Assembly (NCBI GenBank): GCA_037305845.1
Contig: CP147778.1
Coordinates: forward strand, 704,001-768,000
Reading direction: 5' to 3'
Source: Candidatus Freyarchaeum deiterrae
GTDB taxonomy: Archaea > Asgardarchaeota > Jordiarchaeia > Jordiarchaeales > Jordiarchaeaceae
Length of the DNA: 64,000 bases
Positions within the stretch are counted from its first letter, which is position 1, and each line of letters begins with the position of its first letter. Shown piece by piece: positions 59,107 through 64,000 of the stretch. A program made the translations under genes and the position numbers. A model generated the notes under the pieces. That model saw only the letters and a list, made by a program, of their open reading frames with translations, searched no databases and had not been told where the DNA came from.

Positions 59107-59197
59107 TTTCCTCTCAGACCTTTAATTTTTTTTTAAAGCTCCACTTATGGGAAGCTTTAGTGAGTTATTGTGTTTTTAGTATATATACTTTTTGGGA
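59107..59197 (-). promoter_or_regulatory. BRE/TATA promoter and leader hairpin, copy 2
   Basis: Near-identical to 56882-56970. Confidence 0.7.
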
Positions 59198-59775
59198 TAA
59201 AATGGTGGAATTATTAAATTTTTTTTGGGAGTAAAGTGTATTTTGTTGTATTTGTTTGGATTAGAGGCTTTTTCGACCAGCTATATTTAGTTTCTGAACG
59301 CTTCAGTTTCTTCCAAAAAGAAGGCTTAATAAGACTCTTTTAAGTAAAAGTAGCAAGGATATGGCAGATAGAGGAAAAATAGTAAGAAATAGCCGCCTAA
59401 AAGATAGAGATCTTTAGTCATCGTGATTTTACTAGAGTTTTTTACTAATATTTTTTATAAAAAAAATAATTACCTATTGCTCTTATTGAAGTATATTATA
59501 AAATTAGAATTTTGAGATATGTAAAATGTATTACATGGGATATTTTAATTTTGCATATGTTATTAGTCCTTCTTTTGTTAGATATTGATAAGGTTCCACG
59601 GCGATAGATGAGAGATAGTTTATTTTTTAAAGTGATAATTATTAACAGGCGAATAGAAAAAAGTTCTATGTTTGATTTTAATGTTGATAATTGAAATTTT
59701 AATTCGTTAGGAACTTTAGGTGTCTAAGCTTCTTCAAAGTTCTTGGTATTTTTTTTGTTTTTATTAGTGTTCTTT

Positions 59776-61038
59776 TTAGTAGTATTGGAGTGTGTGTTTC
59801 ATGGGGGGCATTCTTCTGTCTTTTGAGGCTTTTCTTTTTTCCTGTCCTTCCATGGCTTTTCTTTTTGCTTCCTCGTTTAGGCATTGGTCTATGAACATTT
59901 TGTAGAAATCCTGTCCGTTTGGCGGGCAGCCGGGAAGGAATTCACCTTTTTCTTTATTTTTTGCTTGGCAGTTTCCCACGATGTAGACTTTTCCAGGGGC
60001 GTTTTTGGGAACCTCACCGTCTGTTCCCATGACTAGTGTGAAGGGTTTGGTTTCTCCCTCGGTGTGGTTGGTTATGACCCATACAACTCCCACGGTTGCG
60101 TTTAAGCAGCCGGAGCAATAATCGGTGCCTTGTATATCCATTTTGCCGTCTATTCCTAAGGCGTGGGAGTAGTGCTCACTCGCCTCTTCTATTCTGCAGC
60201 AGGGTTTAAAATTAGAGATTATAACGTTCTTCAATTTTTCTCCTTTGATTTCGATTTCTTTAGTATTAATTTTGCCGAAGCCGTTTTCGCTTGCAATTTT
60301 TAGGTGTTCAACCTCTTTTGGGTTTATGTTCATGATGGTTGCGGTTACGCTGTCTGTGGATATCACGTTGTCGCCCGCGATTAAAAGGTTGGTTTTTCGG
60401 GGAAGTCCGAAGGTTGGTCCGAGGTACTCGTGGCCAACTATGCCGCTGATGATTGTGAGTCCGGGGTTTAGTTTTTCTGCCAGAAGTGCTATGTATTTGT
60501 GTATTCCCTCCTTGTGTATTTTAGATTTGGACTCGAAGTCTATTGAGCCTAAAGCTATGTTTTTCGCTCCCAAGGATACGCTGCAGAGTATATGGGTTTT
60601 CATGGCGGGGATGTTGATGAGGAAGTCGCAGTCACTAAAAATCTTGCTCAAATTCACTTGGATTTTATCTATTTTTACCTTTTCAAATTCTCCCTGGTCA
60701 ATGTTGTATAGCTCTCCGCCGGCCTCGGGAATGCTTTTTGTTAGCCCTAATCCCTCGTATGCCTTATCAATTTTGACCCCGTACATTCCGCTCTCAGCGA
60801 CGATCACTCTTCCCACTCCATTATCCTTTAAGAGCTTAACGAGAGCTACTATAAGTTTCGGGTCGGTTGCGATGCTATCTATAATCTGCTGGGGGTAGCC
60901 GAGGTGGAGACAGCCAAAATTAGGTTTTACAACTATGGTATCATAACCGAAGATTTTGCCTTCCAGAGTAAGAGCCTTGAGAATCTTCCATACGGATTCA
61001 TCGTAGTTGTCTTTGAATTTGAGTATGGTAACCGCCAA
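59776..61038 (-). CDS. DUF362-domain Fe-S protein
   Basis: VVKPN, AES, PAMKTH..SLGAKN; C-terminal CSGC, GNC, PGCPP. Confidence 0.85.
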   Translation of the reverse strand: MAVTILKFKDNYDESVWKILKALTLEGKIFGYDTIVVKPNFGCLHLGYPQQIIDSIATDPKLIVALVKLLKDNGVGRVIVAESGMYGVKIDKAYEGLGLTKSIPEAGGELYNIDQGEFEKVKIDKIQVNLSKIFSDCDFLINIPAMKTHILCSVSLGAKNIALGSIDFESKSKIHKEGIHKYIALLAEKLNPGLTIISGIVGHEYLGPTFGLPRKTNLLIAGDNVISTDSVTATIMNINPKEVEHLKIASENGFGKINTKEIEIKGEKLKNVIISNFKPCCRIEEASEHYSHALGIDGKMDIQGTDYCSGCLNATVGVVWVITNHTEGETKPFTLVMGTDGEVPKNAPGKVYIVGNCQAKNKEKGEFLPGCPPNGQDFYKMFIDQCLNEEAKRKAMEGQEKRKASKDRRMPPMKHTLQYY

Positions 61039-61578
61039 ACCGCTTCCTCCGTTGGAGGGAATTTCAGTCTTACAATTTATAGGGGATTATATAAACCTTT
61101 ACGCAACTAGAATACCAAAAAACTACAACTTATTGGAAGGGCGGTTCCCTTATCTAAAGTGGGTATGCGTGGCTTTGATTTGCTTTTCACCATAATTCTG
61201 CGGATAAAAATTTTCTGTGTAGAAATTGCTCTTCTCCACCTTTATTATCCACATAACTCCTTTTTCAGAAGATATTTTAATCGCCCCACTTTTCTTCAAG
61301 AGTTGCTTCTAGCGTACAGTCATCTATTATGGGGATGATAGTGGGTTTTTTAGCGGTAATCTTCATTATATATTCTATTTTCGTTCGCTCTGGTGTTAAT
61401 GTTTCTGCTATATGCAAGCAGCCAGACCAAACGTCACCATAAAACTTGTCTGATGCTTCCAATAATTTTGGTTTATATTTTTTTTTGATTTTGATACTAG
61501 ATATATTTGAGGTGTATTTATATACTTATAATTTGATAATTTATTCAAATTGTAGTATGATTACCATAAAAACAAGGG

Positions 61579-62625
61579 ATGGTTATGGCTCAAAAATCAG
61601 GTTTAGTAAGGAAAAGTGTTAAGCGTCTTTATGAGCTTAGGGATAAGCCTATGGATGGGAAAGACAAACTTGATTATACTTATCGTATCATTCTACTTCT
61701 ATTAAGATCGCCTAATCATAGATTGACATTATCCCAAGCTTCGGATAGTCTTCCTGAGGGGTCAACGCCTGATTATTTGGATACTATTTATACTTTTGGT
61801 ATTCCCTTCATAAGGAGCGAATTGTCTCTACACCAAGAAAACTTATGGCTAGTAAGAATTGACCCTCAAAAAATAAGAGAAAAACCACCACTGAAGGAAA
61901 TTATAATACCTGAAGAGCATCTGATTGAGGTGGCAGAGGCTGTGGAAGAAATAGAGGGAATCCAATATTTGATTCCGAAAGATTTTACGGCTCTCAACGA
62001 GAGGGGGGAGAGGTATACAATATCATTAGAGGATATTCTTATAACTGCTATGGACAGCAAAAAGTGTTCCGATTTTGCCGATTATATATTTGATTCATTT
62101 AGAGCTTCGCTTGGTTTTGAGCATAAGGAGGAACTTAATCTTAAGGATTTTGAACGGCCGGAGTCGCTGGAGAATTTGAAAACGAGTAGAAAGGAGGCAG
62201 GTAGAGATCGGAAGACCCCAACAAATAAGTTCGCCAGCCCCGGAGGCAAGGTGGTCTTCGTAACTTGCAAATCGTCTTCGTCGGGTAAAGTGTGGGAAGA
62301 GGTAATACATAGGGCGAATGATTATTATCAAAAACTTAAGCCTGAAGGGAAAAAAATGGGCACATTTGATGATCTTATTATTGTTGTGGCTCCGGGTTTC
62401 GCTAAGGAAGCGATAGAGTGTGCTAAAAATTTGGATGTCCTGTGTATCGAGGCAAGAGACATGCTTAGACTGATAGGCTTCTTATATAATTTACCGGAAG
62501 AAGAAAAGGGTATTGCGCTCAAACATATAAAAAAATTATTCAACCCTCAAAATTATTCAACAGCAGTTGACGATTTTATGAAATTTCTAAGTCAAATGTT
62601 CAGGGAAAAAAATTCAGAGGCGTAA
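61579..62625 (+). CDS. Protein with C-terminal degenerate Mrr/PD-(D/E)XK-like fold
   Basis: FRASLGF...VFVTCKS...IIVVAPGFAKEAIECA. Confidence 0.5.
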   Translation: MVMAQKSGLVRKSVKRLYELRDKPMDGKDKLDYTYRIILLLLRSPNHRLTLSQASDSLPEGSTPDYLDTIYTFGIPFIRSELSLHQENLWLVRIDPQKIREKPPLKEIIIPEEHLIEVAEAVEEIEGIQYLIPKDFTALNERGERYTISLEDILITAMDSKKCSDFADYIFDSFRASLGFEHKEELNLKDFERPESLENLKTSRKEAGRDRKTPTNKFASPGGKVVFVTCKSSSSGKVWEEVIHRANDYYQKLKPEGKKMGTFDDLIIVVAPGFAKEAIECAKNLDVLCIEARDMLRLIGFLYNLPEEEKGIALKHIKKLFNPQNYSTAVDDFMKFLSQMFREKNSEA

Positions 62626-62631
62626 TGTAAA

Positions 62632-63636
62632 ATGCCGAGGAGAGAAATTTTGGAGAAGTGTTTTCTTCCCACAAGCCATGTTGGTAGTATGCCCGCAGAA
62701 AATATTTCAAAAAATGTTGAAACTCAAATAGAGGGAAGTACTCCTAAAGCTGTTAGAACTCAAATAGAGGCGGGACTCGACATTCCCACCACTGGGCAGA
62801 TGTCTATGTATTTTTACAATGATATGGTTTTGCCTTACATCCTTTCTATCGAAGGTCTTGGAAGAAGAAAAGATGAAGAAAACGAGGTTGAAAATGAAAT
62901 AAGTTCGCATCCAAAAAGGAGAATTGTAGTCGAAGAAGTAATTGCGGCTATTAATGAGCTCAGAAAGTTCCCGAAAACGCAAACTCTAGGTCTTAGAGTA
63001 CCTATTACAGGACCTACTACGATAGCTTACTCCATTCCCCGTTATAATAGAGGAGGCTATAAAACACCCAATAAACTAATAGAAGATGTTGCGGAGAAGG
63101 GGCTCAAGCCGATGTTAGAGGAAATTGTAAAATATCCCGAAGTGAGTGTGATTTCTTTCAATGAACCTGCTTGGACTGATTATTACGGTTCTGAAGATGG
63201 GGGAATCTCGGTAATTAAAGATCTTTCTGACTTCGTATACGAAAAGGGAAAAAAGGAAAAAGTAGTGATCCTTCATGTTTGCGGCCTTATACGTTCAAAG
63301 CTTTTTGAGAAAATCGTAAAAATAGACGGAATTGACTTTTTAGATCTCGAATTCACCGAGTTCCCAGGAAACCTAAAAGTCATTGATCCAGACCTGTTAG
63401 AGGATAATCGCAAAAGGTTAGCGGTGGGATGCATTAATCCATACACACCTTACACGGAAAGCGAAGACTCGGTTATAAAAACTTTGGATAGTATCAGGAA
63501 AATTGGAGTTCCGCTGGAGAAAATAATGGCCAAACCGGATTGTGGATTGCGTAAGCGAACAATGGATGAAGCTAAAGCGAAATTACAAGTAATGACAGGT
63601 GCAGTAAAAAAGTTGAGGGAACAGTACAAATCGTGA
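62632..63636 (+). CDS. metE: Core cobalamin-independent methionine synthase (MetE C-terminal type)
   Basis: HVGS, ITGPTT, NEP, Zn ligands HVCG / LEF / PDCGL. Confidence 0.8.
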   Translation: MPRREILEKCFLPTSHVGSMPAENISKNVETQIEGSTPKAVRTQIEAGLDIPTTGQMSMYFYNDMVLPYILSIEGLGRRKDEENEVENEISSHPKRRIVVEEVIAAINELRKFPKTQTLGLRVPITGPTTIAYSIPRYNRGGYKTPNKLIEDVAEKGLKPMLEEIVKYPEVSVISFNEPAWTDYYGSEDGGISVIKDLSDFVYEKGKKEKVVILHVCGLIRSKLFEKIVKIDGIDFLDLEFTEFPGNLKVIDPDLLEDNRKRLAVGCINPYTPYTESEDSVIKTLDSIRKIGVPLEKIMAKPDCGLRKRTMDEAKAKLQVMTGAVKKLREQYKS

Positions 63637-63920
63637 TTACTATGCAAGAAAAAGAAACAAGTTCCAATGAGAGTATTTTGTTGACAAATAAATCAAGAAG
63701 AGAAATCCTATTAATTCTGGGGAAGGGCGGCGATTTCCCATCGGAAATTGCTAGAAAATTGAGCAAACATAAAAGTACAATAATTTTTCACCTAGAAAAG
63801 TTAAAAAATGCGGGTTTAATTAGAGAACTGCCTGCCGAGCAGACAGACTCTGGTTATAAAAAAATTTTTGAAATTACAGAGAGTGGTAAAAAGCAATTAG
63901 AGAAACTAACTTTCAAATAA
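63633..63920 (+). CDS. ArsR-family wHTH regulator
   Basis: RREILLIL, SEIARKL..HKSTIIFHLEKLKNAGLI. Confidence 0.85.
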   Translation: MITMQEKETSSNESILLTNKSRREILLILGKGGDFPSEIARKLSKHKSTIIFHLEKLKNAGLIRELPAEQTDSGYKKIFEITESGKKQLEKLTFK

Positions 63921-64000
63921 AAAAACACAATTTTTGCAACGACACGATGCTTCACTTTTTAGGTTTTATGATATTAGAACCTTTGGCTCCCTTCTTAGAT

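Noticed and set aside
60245-60898. 217-aa plus-strand ORF
   Set aside because: Antisense to the DUF362 gene; no motifs
61100-61462. 61-aa ORF and adjacent fragments
   Set aside because: Possible pseudogene but no recognisable family

Overview
Archaeal chromosome segment, probably from an Asgard archaeon: it has an Asgard-style longin protein, a SNAP-like TPR protein, HEAT repeats and archaeal TATA/BRE promoters (taxonomy is inference). No rRNA, tRNA, CRISPR array, integrase or transposase was recognised. Layout: (1) 1-6.5 kb, toxin-antitoxin remnants, a V4R-like protein, an orphan luxE and lsrF plus a Zn-dehydrogenase. (2) 6.5-10.3 kb, a 1257-aa acidic, multi-HTH, LAGLIDADG protein. (3) About 10.6-26.4 kb, an AT-rich defence island with a ParB-like gene, a PD-(D/E)XK nuclease, a ComEC-type MBL, an OLD nuclease, Hachiman (hamA-hamB), an MvaI-type type II R-M system with a small RHH gene, and an unusual array of five translationally coupled winged-helix genes ending in a nuclease, facing an HTH + Swt1-HEPN pair. 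That array is the best candidate for an undescribed system. (4) 26.4-34.8 kb, ALDH, a 2-oxoacid:ferredoxin oxidoreductase operon whose delta subunit carries an inserted GltD/NfnB-like flavoenzyme, and sucCD. (5) 35-64 kb, mixed housekeeping and accessory genes, including a SAMP with a capped GG, an ABC exporter, a purple acid phosphatase, PadR-Hsp20, a tandem duplicated membrane protein with a conserved leader hairpin, DUF362, and a nuclease-like/MetE/ArsR operon. All calls come from motif recognition by eye; no searches were run.
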